A stretch of DNA of 64,000 nt, from contig JAWLHJ010000005.1 of NCBI GenBank assembly GCA_041690395.1, positions 82,364-146,363 on the forward strand. The letters are read 5' to 3'. Below the pieces are notes generated by a model. It had not been told where the DNA came from. It saw only the letters and a program-made list of their open reading frames with translations, and made no database searches. The translations under genes were made by a program, and so were the position numbers. Source of the DNA: Longimicrobiales bacterium. GTDB lineage: Bacteria > Gemmatimonadota > Gemmatimonadetes > Longimicrobiales > Gaopeijiaceae. Of this stretch, positions 25,447-32,887 are shown piece by piece. Each line of letters starts with the position of its first letter. Position 1 is the stretch's first letter.

Positions 25447-28032
25447 ATGGATATCGACATGGAGCTTCTCCGGCGGATCAGCGATGTGAAGGTCGCGCTG
25501 GGAGGCATGGATTCCGCGGACGGTCGCGTGGACATCCGGACGAAGGTGGAGTCGGCGCTGGATCGAGCTCGCGGGCACGGTCCCGACGCGGAATCCGCCC
25601 TCACGGCGGTTTCGGGCGCGCTTCTCGACGAGCCTTCGGGTTCGTCGTCCGCCGCGGATCTATCGGAGAGATTGGGACCGGTGCTCGACCTCCTCGAGCA
25701 GGTGGTCTTCGACCGGTCCGACGAAGGTGCAGCGGATCGGCTGCGTGGCTTGGTGGCTGAGCTGTCACGAGCGCCGGGCGACGATCCGGAGGCAACAGCG
25801 GCCCCCCGGGGTGAGGAGGGGCCGCTGGAAGGCGACCTCGACCGTGAGGAAGCTTCGCTCCATTCGGTGGCCGGCTACCTGGTCCAGATGGAGCCTACCC
25901 TCATGGACTCCATCGCCACGCTGCGAGAGCACTTTTCCCATGCCATCGAAGGGTGGGAGGGCTCGTCGGACGTGCATGGGCAGCTTACCGACGCACTCGG
26001 CGAGCTGGATGCCGTCCTCGCGAACAAGCGGTCCCGGAAGGTGAAGCGGGCGGAGGCCGTGGGCGTCGTCAGCGAAGCTCTGGAGGCCGCCATGGAGGAA
26101 GAGCAGGACTACATGTTCTGGAGCCCGCCCAGCACCGAAAGGGATCGCGGCGCCGACGACACGGGCGCCGAACAGGTCGGGGTGGACGACGAGCACCATG
26201 AGGAGGAAACCCAGGGCGAGGCCTCCACCCGCCCGGATCACTTGCCGGAGGATGTCGTGACAGCCGTATCAGAAGAGCCGGATTCAACGGCGCCGAGTGG
26301 GGCGACTGCGAAGCTGACCGCGATGCCCACATCCATCGAAGCCGATCCCGAATTGGTGATCGACTTCGTGGCGGAAGGCCTCGAGTATCTCGATCAGGCC
26401 GAAGAAGCACTCCTTAACCTGGAGTCCGACCCTCGCGACCAGGAGTCGATCAACGTCACGTTCCGGGCCTTCCACACCATCAAGGGTGTCTCCGCGTTCC
26501 TCGAGCTCTCCCAGATTTCCGGGATGGCCCATGAGGCGGAGACCCTGCTCGCCCAGGTCCGGGAGGGTAGTGTGCCGTTCACGGAGTGCGCGGCGGATTT
26601 GCTGCTCACCGCCGCGGACGTGCTCCGGGGTCTCCTCGAGGGTGTCCGCAACCTCGTCCATGGTGGCGAGGCGGAACGGCCCGTTCGCCTCGAGGCCGTC
26701 GTGGACGCACTCACCGATCCCGAGCTTGCGAACAAAGTCGCACGGAACGAGTCGTTCGGACTGAAGGCGGACATCCCGGCTGCCGCCGTCGAATCCGACG
26801 ACGAGCCCGTCCGAAAGGACGTGACCGGCGCGAGCAGCCAGGACGACTCGGTGCGGATCCGGACCGAGCGACTCGATCGGCTGGTCGATCTGGTCGGTGA
26901 GTTGGTCGTGTCGTACTCGATGATCTCCCAGGATCCCGACTTGCTCGGTACGGGAGGGGGGTTGCAGAAAAAGGTCGGACACTCGAACAAGATCCTACGA
27001 GAGCTGCAGGACCTCAGCACATCCCTGCGCATGGTCCCGTTGAAGCCGGCGTTCCACAAGATCTCCCGCGTGGTGCGGGATGTGAGCAGGAAGAGCGGAA
27101 AGGCCGTCGATCTGGTCGCCACGGGCGACGAGACCGAGCTCGACCGGAGCATGGTCGGGGTCATCGTCGATCCCCTGGTGCATATGGTCAGGAATTCCAT
27201 CGACCACGGGATCGAGTCCCGCGAGGAGCGCTTGGCGGCCGGAAAGCCGGAGCGCGGCTCGGTCCGTCTCACGGCTCGTCAGGCCGGAGGGAGCGTCGTC
27301 GTCGAGATCGAAGACGATGGGAGGGGTCTCGACCGGGAGAAGATCCTGGCGAAGGCCCTGGACAGGGGGCTCGTGGACCCCGAGAAGACCCTCACGGACA
27401 GCGAAGTCTTCGAGCTCGTGTTTCATCCCGGCTTCTCCACGGCCGATCAGGTGACGGACATCTCCGGGCGGGGCGTCGGCATGGACGTGGTGAAGAGGGC
27501 CGTGGACTCGCTCAGAGGACGCATCGAGATCCAGTCCACGCCCGGTGAGGGCACCCGGTTCTCCATCCACCTCCCCCTCACGTTGGCCATCACCGACGGT
27601 ATGCTGGTGAGGATCGGCGGAGAGCTCTGCATCGTACCCACGGTCAAGATCCAGCTCAGCCTGCGGCCCACTTCCCGAGATCTCTGGTCCGTGTCTCAGC
27701 GGGGCGAGATGGTCATGCTTCACGGTCAGCTCATCCCGATTGCGCGGCTGGACCGGGTATTCGGTTTCCAGGGCGGCATTCAAGACCCGGAAGAAGCCCT
27801 GCTCGTCGTGGTTGGGGAGGGGAGCCGAAAGACCGCCCTGATGGTGGATGAGTTGCTCGGTCAGCAGCAGTTCGTGGTCAAACCGCTGACCGGGCCGGTG
27901 GCCGGGACGCCGGGCGTGGCGGGCGGCGCCATTCTCGGCGACGGCAGCGTCGGGCTGATCCTCGATCCCGAGGAGGTCATCGACCTCGCCGCATGCACAA
28001 AGAGCGGGGCACGCGCACACGTGGCCGCCTGA
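25447..28032 (+). CDS. cheA: chemotaxis histidine kinase CheA with ~300-aa N-terminal extension (Hpt-P3-P4-P5, no obvious P2)
   Basis: Hpt FRAFHTIKGVSAF at aa ~340-352, dimerisation SVRIRTERLDRLVDLVGELV, HATPase (DDGRGLD, GRGVGMDVV), CheW-like P5. Confidence 0.9.
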   Translation: MDIDMELLRRISDVKVALGGMDSADGRVDIRTKVESALDRARGHGPDAESALTAVSGALLDEPSGSSSAADLSERLGPVLDLLEQVVFDRSDEGAADRLRGLVAELSRAPGDDPEATAAPRGEEGPLEGDLDREEASLHSVAGYLVQMEPTLMDSIATLREHFSHAIEGWEGSSDVHGQLTDALGELDAVLANKRSRKVKRAEAVGVVSEALEAAMEEEQDYMFWSPPSTERDRGADDTGAEQVGVDDEHHEEETQGEASTRPDHLPEDVVTAVSEEPDSTAPSGATAKLTAMPTSIEADPELVIDFVAEGLEYLDQAEEALLNLESDPRDQESINVTFRAFHTIKGVSAFLELSQISGMAHEAETLLAQVREGSVPFTECAADLLLTAADVLRGLLEGVRNLVHGGEAERPVRLEAVVDALTDPELANKVARNESFGLKADIPAAAVESDDEPVRKDVTGASSQDDSVRIRTERLDRLVDLVGELVVSYSMISQDPDLLGTGGGLQKKVGHSNKILRELQDLSTSLRMVPLKPAFHKISRVVRDVSRKSGKAVDLVATGDETELDRSMVGVIVDPLVHMVRNSIDHGIESREERLAAGKPERGSVRLTARQAGGSVVVEIEDDGRGLDREKILAKALDRGLVDPEKTLTDSEVFELVFHPGFSTADQVTDISGRGVGMDVVKRAVDSLRGRIEIQSTPGEGTRFSIHLPLTLAITDGMLVRIGGELCIVPTVKIQLSLRPTSRDLWSVSQRGEMVMLHGQLIPIARLDRVFGFQGGIQDPEEALLVVVGEGSRKTALMVDELLGQQQFVVKPLTGPVAGTPGVAGGAILGDGSVGLILDPEEVIDLAACTKSGARAHVAA

Positions 28033-28060
28033 TCGCGGCCGGCCCGTCACCGGAGAACAG

Positions 28061-28103
28061 AGAGAGAGCCCCCGGCGTCTTCGATGCCGGGGGCTCTCTC
28101 TTT
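28061..28103. terminator. bidirectional terminator hairpin between convergent cheA and fliW
   Basis: Perfect 16-bp stem AGAGAGAGCCCCCGGC / GCCGGGGGCTCTCTCT, 9-nt loop. Confidence 0.6.
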
Positions 28104-28150
28104 GCCCGTCGTCCGCCCGCCCGGGCCTTGGCATGGCCCTCCGACGGAGG

Positions 28151-28636
28151 CTATGCCCCGGAGGCCGTGCGACGCTTCAGGTCCAGGGGGTACCGTACAC
28201 CGTGCGGGGCGTCTGTCACCACCTGTTTGCCTCGCTTACGCACCACGTCCAGCGCGATGGGGCCTTGCAGGTTGACCGTCGCCGGCGCATCCGAGCTCCT
28301 GGGCAGCGTCACGATGCACACGATGAACAGGTCGTCCGCGTCCGCGGGGCCAAGCTCGCTCAACTCACTCGCGTCGACGTCGACCACGTAGTCGGGAACG
28401 AACCGAAAAGGATCGACCACGAGGTAGGTCAGGTTCCGGTGCTCCAGAGACTGCAGCCAGAATAAGCCCTCGTTTTCGGCGGGCAGCAGCGCGAACGTCT
28501 TGGCTTCCGGGAATCCGTAGATGCCGGAGTCGAAGCCGTAGCACTGGTCCCCGGGGATGGCGAGTCGTCCCAGGAGGGCGGACTCGACGATACGCTCCTC
28601 GTCCATCCGGCTTGCGAGCTCGGTGACTGCCGTCAT
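28151..28636 (-). CDS. fliW: flagellar assembly factor FliW (CsrA antagonist)
   Basis: ATG 28634-28636; FGFPEAKTFALLP...FWLQSLE...LVVDPF...VNLQGPI is the FliW signature; only the last 161 codons of the 646-aa track ORF. Confidence 0.88.
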   Translation of the reverse strand: MTAVTELASRMDEERIVESALLGRLAIPGDQCYGFDSGIYGFPEAKTFALLPAENEGLFWLQSLEHRNLTYLVVDPFRFVPDYVVDVDASELSELGPADADDLFIVCIVTLPRSSDAPATVNLQGPIALDVVRKRGKQVVTDAPHGVRYPLDLKRRTASGA

Positions 28637-29511
28637 CTCAAGTAGTCCGCGAGAGTGATGTTCATGATCTTGGAATTCACCAGCATGGCGGCCTCGAGAG
28701 AGCCCTGCCTGTCGAGGAGTTCGGTGACGGCCTGAGCCATGTCCGCGTCGGCCAACTCTGAGCGGAACTTGCTCAGCGTCACCTCGAGAGACTCGAGGTT
28801 GGAGCCCGTCACATCGAGCTGACTCATACGGGCGCCGAGATCCCCGATGATGCTTTGTACGTTGTCGAAGGCGGTGTCGAGGTCTTCCGCCGCGGTCTGC
28901 ACGGCGGTGGCGTCGTTGTCGCCGAGCGCCGTGGACAGAGCCGAAAGCGCGTCCATCACGCCGGAATCGAGGAAGATTTCCTGGGCTCCATGCGTGGTCT
29001 CCACGAACGTCCCGCTGCCGATCTCCAACCGAGCCGAGCCCGTGGCCGGGCGGGCGGGGTCGGCGACACCGCCATCCAGCGGCGCAGTGTCGGCGTAGTC
29101 GCCCCCGAAGAGGTAGCTGCCGGCGAGCCTCGTGTTGGCGAGGCTCGTGACGAACTCCAACACGCCCTCGACCTCCGCGCGGGCGGTCCTGCGGGTCGCT
29201 TCGTCGGCAGGATCGCCCGCCTGAGATACGGCGATCTCCCGCGCGCGCACGAGCGTGGTCCCGAGTTGGTCGAGCACCGAATCCTCGACGGCGAGTCGAG
29301 ATTGCGCGGTCGCCAGATTGGACCGGTACTGCTCGACCGCACGGAGCGATCCGGAGGACTGCATGATGCTCGCGGCCGACACCGGATCGTCCGACGGACT
29401 GTTCAGGCGCTGCCCGCTGGCAGCCCGTTGACGGGCGTCCGCGAGGTCGCGCATCTGTGCCTGGAAGCCGTGCACCGCTTCCCTGGTGAGAATGCCGTTC
29501 GTGATTCTCAA
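28633..29511 (-). CDS. flgL: flagellar hook-associated protein 3 FlgL
   Basis: TTG 29509-29511 preceded by GGAG (5-nt spacer), giving (M)RITNGIL...; GQRLNSPSDDPVSA, YLFGGDY, C-terminal heptads; ATGA overlap with fliW. Confidence 0.85.
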   Translation of the reverse strand: MRITNGILTREAVHGFQAQMRDLADARQRAASGQRLNSPSDDPVSAASIMQSSGSLRAVEQYRSNLATAQSRLAVEDSVLDQLGTTLVRAREIAVSQAGDPADEATRRTARAEVEGVLEFVTSLANTRLAGSYLFGGDYADTAPLDGGVADPARPATGSARLEIGSGTFVETTHGAQEIFLDSGVMDALSALSTALGDNDATAVQTAAEDLDTAFDNVQSIIGDLGARMSQLDVTGSNLESLEVTLSKFRSELADADMAQAVTELLDRQGSLEAAMLVNSKIMNITLADYLR

Positions 29512-29596
29512 TGGGGCTCCGTGATCGTGTCGGGGCCGGGGCTGGTCTCGAGCCCGCCTCGAGCTCGCCGACGCTGCCGTCGCGCCTCCGGTCACG

Positions 29597-29625
29597 TTGA
29601 TGGCCCGGGGCGGCGTCGATACGAT
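29597..29625 (+). promoter_or_regulatory. sigma-70-like promoter candidate for the FleR/FlbD-like activator gene
   Basis: TTGATG - 17 nt - TACGAT; overlaps inverted repeat CGATAC-N8-GTATCG (29617-29636). Confidence 0.3.
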
Positions 29626-29630
29626 TACCA

Positions 29631-29658
29631 GTATCGGGGACGCGGCCCGTGATCTTTA
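29631..29658 (-). promoter_or_regulatory. sigma-28-type promoter candidate for flgL-fliW
   Basis: Minus strand reads TAAA-N16-CCCGATAC (consensus TAAA-N15-GCCGATAA); about 110 nt upstream of the flgL TTG. Confidence 0.45.
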
Positions 29659-29707
29659 GACGCGCGTCTCTCGTCCTCCCCCCAGAGAAGTGTGGAAAGC
29701 GATCGGA

Positions 29708-31090
29708 ATGGCGACCATCCTGTGTGTCGACGATGAGCCTGCGGCGGCTTCCGTATTGAAGGACGCCCTCGAGCAGTGCGGACACGACGCCGTAGCCGTC
29801 CACAACGTGGCCGCCGCCATGAAGGTGCTGTCGAGATCCGGGATCGACCTCATCGTGTCCGATTACCGCATGCCGGAGGCGAACGGGTTGGAGTTCCTGG
29901 AGGAGCTCCGCAGGGAGGGGCTGGACATCCCGCTGGTCATGGTCACGGGACACGCTTCCATCGAGCACGCCGTGGCGGCCATCAAGGCCGGAGCGGTGGA
30001 CTACATCACGAAGCCGATCCGTCCACAGCAGCTCGAGATCGCGGTCGACCAAGCTCTGGAGTTCACCCGCCTGAAGCGTGAGAACGCGCAACTCCGGGAG
30101 GAGCTGACCCAGATGCGGTCGGCACGGGAGATCATCGCCGAAAGCGAGTCGTTACGGCGTATTCTCGAGACGATCCGCGTGGTGGCGCCGACACGCGCGA
30201 CCGTCCTCCTCCAGGGCGAGTCGGGCACGGGTAAGGAGCTTCTCGCGCGAACCGTCCATAACATGAGCGATCGCTCCGAGGGGCCCTTCATTGCGATCAA
30301 CTGCGCGGCCATCCCCGAGAACCTGGTGGAGAGCACGCTGTTCGGCCATGAGAAGGGGGCGTTCACGGGCGCCGTGAAGCAGGTGAAAGGTGCGTTCGAG
30401 CGGGCACACCGTGGCACCCTCCTGCTCGACGAAGTGTCCGAGATGCGGATGGATCTGCAGGCGAAGCTCTTACGCGTGCTCCAGGAACAGGAGTTCGAAA
30501 GGGTGGGCGGCACCCAGCCCATCTCCGTCGACGTGCGCATCGTGGCGACGACGAACCGGGACCTGGCGGAGCACGCCAGGGAAGGAAACTTCAGAGAAGA
30601 TCTCTATTATCGGCTCAGCGTCGTGCCTCTCCTGGTCCCGCCATTGCGCGAGCGCCTCGAAGACATTCCGGCGCTCGTGCACCATTTCGCGGCGAGCACG
30701 GCCGCCGACGTCGGAAGGACCATCACCGCCGTGTCGCCCGAGACCATCGATCTGCTGAGCCAGTACGAATGGCCGGGGAACGTGCGCGAGCTCTCGCACG
30801 CGGTGGAGCGGGCCGTCATCCTGTCCACGGGCGACACCCTCGAACCGAGGGCGTTCGACCCCGCGCGATTCGGTCTGACACCGGGTCGTGGGCAGGGACC
30901 GGTCCTCGGTGGCGACACGTCCGCCGGCGGGGGCGCTGCAGGCGATCTGGATACGCTCAATATCGCGGAGGTCGAGGAGATCCTGATCCAGAGAGCGCTC
31001 GAAGCAACCGGGAACAACCGCACGAAGGCCGCCGATCTCCTCGGGGTTTCCGTGCGCACGCTGCGAAACAAGCTGAACAAGCCTTCCTGA
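29708..31090 (+). CDS. sigma-54-dependent flagellar response regulator (FleR/FlrC/FlbD-like)
   Basis: ATG 29708 (MATILCVDDE); REC LIVSDYRMPEANG, GESGTGKE, GAFTGA, C-terminal HTH KAADLLGVSVRTLRNKL; sits at the head of the flagellar cluster. Confidence 0.88.
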   Translation: MATILCVDDEPAAASVLKDALEQCGHDAVAVHNVAAAMKVLSRSGIDLIVSDYRMPEANGLEFLEELRREGLDIPLVMVTGHASIEHAVAAIKAGAVDYITKPIRPQQLEIAVDQALEFTRLKRENAQLREELTQMRSAREIIAESESLRRILETIRVVAPTRATVLLQGESGTGKELLARTVHNMSDRSEGPFIAINCAAIPENLVESTLFGHEKGAFTGAVKQVKGAFERAHRGTLLLDEVSEMRMDLQAKLLRVLQEQEFERVGGTQPISVDVRIVATTNRDLAEHAREGNFREDLYYRLSVVPLLVPPLRERLEDIPALVHHFAASTAADVGRTITAVSPETIDLLSQYEWPGNVRELSHAVERAVILSTGDTLEPRAFDPARFGLTPGRGQGPVLGGDTSAGGGAAGDLDTLNIAEVEEILIQRALEATGNNRTKAADLLGVSVRTLRNKLNKPS

Positions 31091-31377
31091 GCGTGGGCCG
31101 GCGTGCCCGACGCGCCGAGCCCGCCCCTGCCGCTCCGCCATCCCTGTTGGAGCCGGCTCCACGGTCCGGGGGTCCTTCGCACCCTCACCGCTCGATCCGG
31201 AAGAATCCTCCGGTTTGAACTAGGAAGGACCTTCCGGCGCCCTCCTCCGTGACCCCCGATCCTGGCTCATGGCGTCGTGGGATCGAGGCGGCCACCGTGC
31301 TCCAGGGGCCGTGTAAGTCATGACGTGGCATGGTGTTGTGGCCACGGAAGCCCAGGTGTAGGCCGGGCCTCCGTACG

Positions 31378-31393
31378 TGGCCCGCCGCTTGCT
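31378..31393 (+). promoter_or_regulatory. sigma-54 promoter candidate for the flgB operon
   Basis: TGGCCCG-CCGC-TTGCT: 11/12 defined positions of TGGCACG-N4-TTGCW with exact GG/GC spacing; about 36-nt predicted leader to ATG 31440. Confidence 0.65.
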
Positions 31394-31439
31394 TTCCGAC
31401 TGGGGCGAACCACGGTACGACTCGCTTCCGGAAAGGCAC

Positions 31440-31739
31440 ATGCTCACCAGACTCATTGGAGAGGGGACCGTGGCCGCCCAGCTCAAGGGCGGCCTGGACG
31501 ACTCCACGAAGGCGGTCAGAGGCATCGCCCACCGGGTTGCGAACGCCAGTACCCCCGGCGGGCCGGGCACCCCGGACTTCGCGGCGGCGCTCGAAGCGGC
31601 CGTGGATCCCGAGGGACGCCCGTTCGATCTCGAGCGGGAGATGGTATCCCTCGCGGACGAACAGCTCAGGTACGAGACCGCGACCAATCTGCTGCAGAAG
31701 ATCTACCAGCAGATCCGTCAGAGCGTGTCGGAGCGCTGA
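31440..31739 (+). CDS. flgB: flagellar proximal rod protein FlgB (short form)
   Basis: ATG 31440; GIAHRVANASTPG (rod-protein NxANxxT motif) and C-terminal EMVSLADEQLRYETATNLLQKIYQQI. Confidence 0.75.
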   Translation: MLTRLIGEGTVAAQLKGGLDDSTKAVRGIAHRVANASTPGGPGTPDFAAALEAAVDPEGRPFDLEREMVSLADEQLRYETATNLLQKIYQQIRQSVSER

Positions 31740-31741
31740 CC

Positions 31742-32206
31742 ATGCTCGAGGGAGCCCACGGCATCGGCCTTCGCCATCCCATGAGATCGCTGCGTATCGC
31801 GGCGAGTGGGCTGAGCGCCCAGCGGGTTCGCATGGACGCGATCGCGTCGAACCTGGCGAACGCCGAAACGACGCGGGGCGTCGACGGTGCCCCCTACCGG
31901 CGCAGGGTCGTCCAGCTGGAGGAGGCCGGATTCGAATACACGGATCGGACCGCGCCGCTCGACGCCAGGGTCGTCGAGCGGGAGGGCGGGGTCAGGGTGG
32001 TCGGCGTCGGGGAGGATCTCTCCGAAGGGCCCCTCGTCTACGATCCAGGCCATCCGGATGCGGACGCGAACGGGTACGTGCGGATGCCGAATGTGGATAT
32101 CACCCAGGAGTTGGTAGCGATGATGGAGACACGCCGTCTCTTCGAGGCGAACGCCTCGGTCTTCGATGCCGTCAAGTCAATGTTTCGCAGAGCGACCCAG
32201 CTCTAG
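31742..32206 (+). CDS. flgC: flagellar rod protein FlgC
   Basis: ATG 31742 (alternative 31781); IAASGLSAQRVRMDAIASNLANAETTR, GYVRMPNVDITQELVAMMETRRLFEAN. Confidence 0.9.
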   Translation: MLEGAHGIGLRHPMRSLRIAASGLSAQRVRMDAIASNLANAETTRGVDGAPYRRRVVQLEEAGFEYTDRTAPLDARVVEREGGVRVVGVGEDLSEGPLVYDPGHPDADANGYVRMPNVDITQELVAMMETRRLFEANASVFDAVKSMFRRATQL

Positions 32207-32216
32207 GTAGACGCTC

Positions 32217-32558
32217 ATGACCATTCACGGAATCAACCCGGGTCTCGGCATCCTTGGCGTGCCGTCCACGCCGTCCCGCCAGCAGCGGATCGACGACGCC
32301 GGCCAGGGTGACCGCGTGCGGGAGCACCCGGGCACGGTGGGGACACCGGGCTCCTACCCGGCGAACGGTGTTCGCGGATCCTCCCCGGCGGAGGCTCCCA
32401 GAGGGACGGATCCGGCGCTGTGGAGTGTCCTGACCTCCGAGGAGAGGGCCTTCTTCGCCCGGGCCAGGGAGAGTGGCCCGCTCATGTACGGCCGAGGATC
32501 GGATGGCGGCGCCCTCGCTGGCGCGCGCGTCGGCGGCCGCATCGACGTGAAGGTCTGA
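32217..32558 (+). CDS. hypothetical protein embedded between flgC and fliE
   Basis: 113-codon ORF with tight spacing to both neighbours (10 nt and 1 nt); Pro/Gly-rich N-half, motif DPALWSVLTSEERAFFARARE; no family recognised. Confidence 0.5.
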   Translation: MTIHGINPGLGILGVPSTPSRQQRIDDAGQGDRVREHPGTVGTPGSYPANGVRGSSPAEAPRGTDPALWSVLTSEERAFFARARESGPLMYGRGSDGGALAGARVGGRIDVKV

Positions 32559-32559
32559 G

Positions 32560-32883
32560 ATGAGCTCCATCCAAGGCATGGGCGCCCTTCAGGGCGCGGG
32601 CGTCGCAGGGCCTCTGGCCCCCGGTCGCGTTCCATCGCTTCCGGGACAGGACGAGGGTGACCAGCCCTCGTTCGCGGACGCGCTGCGGCGAGCGCTCGGC
32701 GATGTCTCCGAGCTCCAGGGGCAGGCCCACGACGCCATCGGCGGATTTCTGCGTGGTGAGCCCGTGGAGATCCACGAGGTGATGGCGGCGGCGGAGGAGG
32801 CCGGCATCGCCCTCGACATGCTGATCGAGATCCGCAACAAGCTCACCGAGGCGTATCGCTCGGTCATTCAGATGCAGCAGTGA
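32560..32883 (+). CDS. fliE: flagellar hook-basal body protein FliE
   Basis: SFADALRRALGDVSELQ..., EIHEVMAAAEEAGIALDMLIEIRNKLTEAYRSVIQMQ. Confidence 0.9.
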   Translation: MSSIQGMGALQGAGVAGPLAPGRVPSLPGQDEGDQPSFADALRRALGDVSELQGQAHDAIGGFLRGEPVEIHEVMAAAEEAGIALDMLIEIRNKLTEAYRSVIQMQQ

Positions 32884-32887
32884 GCCG

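Noticed and set aside
28633-29511. The possibility that this ~292-aa flagellin-superfamily protein is the flagellin itself.
   Set aside because: The N-terminus (RITNG..., GQRLNSPSDDPVSA, YLFGGDY) matches FlgL rather than flagellin (RINSAKDDAAG-type). Its size and its pairing with fliW are also compatible with flgL.
28151-30091. A single 646-aa minus-strand ORF spanning fliW, flgL and the start of the activator gene.
   Set aside because: Only the last 161 codons (from ATG 28636) read as FliW. The upstream part is an out-of-frame read-through of flgL and the divergent promoter region, with a low-complexity Arg/Gly/Pro composition.
31413-31428. GGTACGACTCGC upstream of flgB, and TGGTACGTGCGGGAAGG (61042-61058) upstream of motA. 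Both share GGTACG with the fliL and fliA sigma-54 candidates.
   Set aside because: The GG-to-GC spacing is two nt too short in the first, and a -12 GC is absent in the second. The first is also too close to the flgB start codon.
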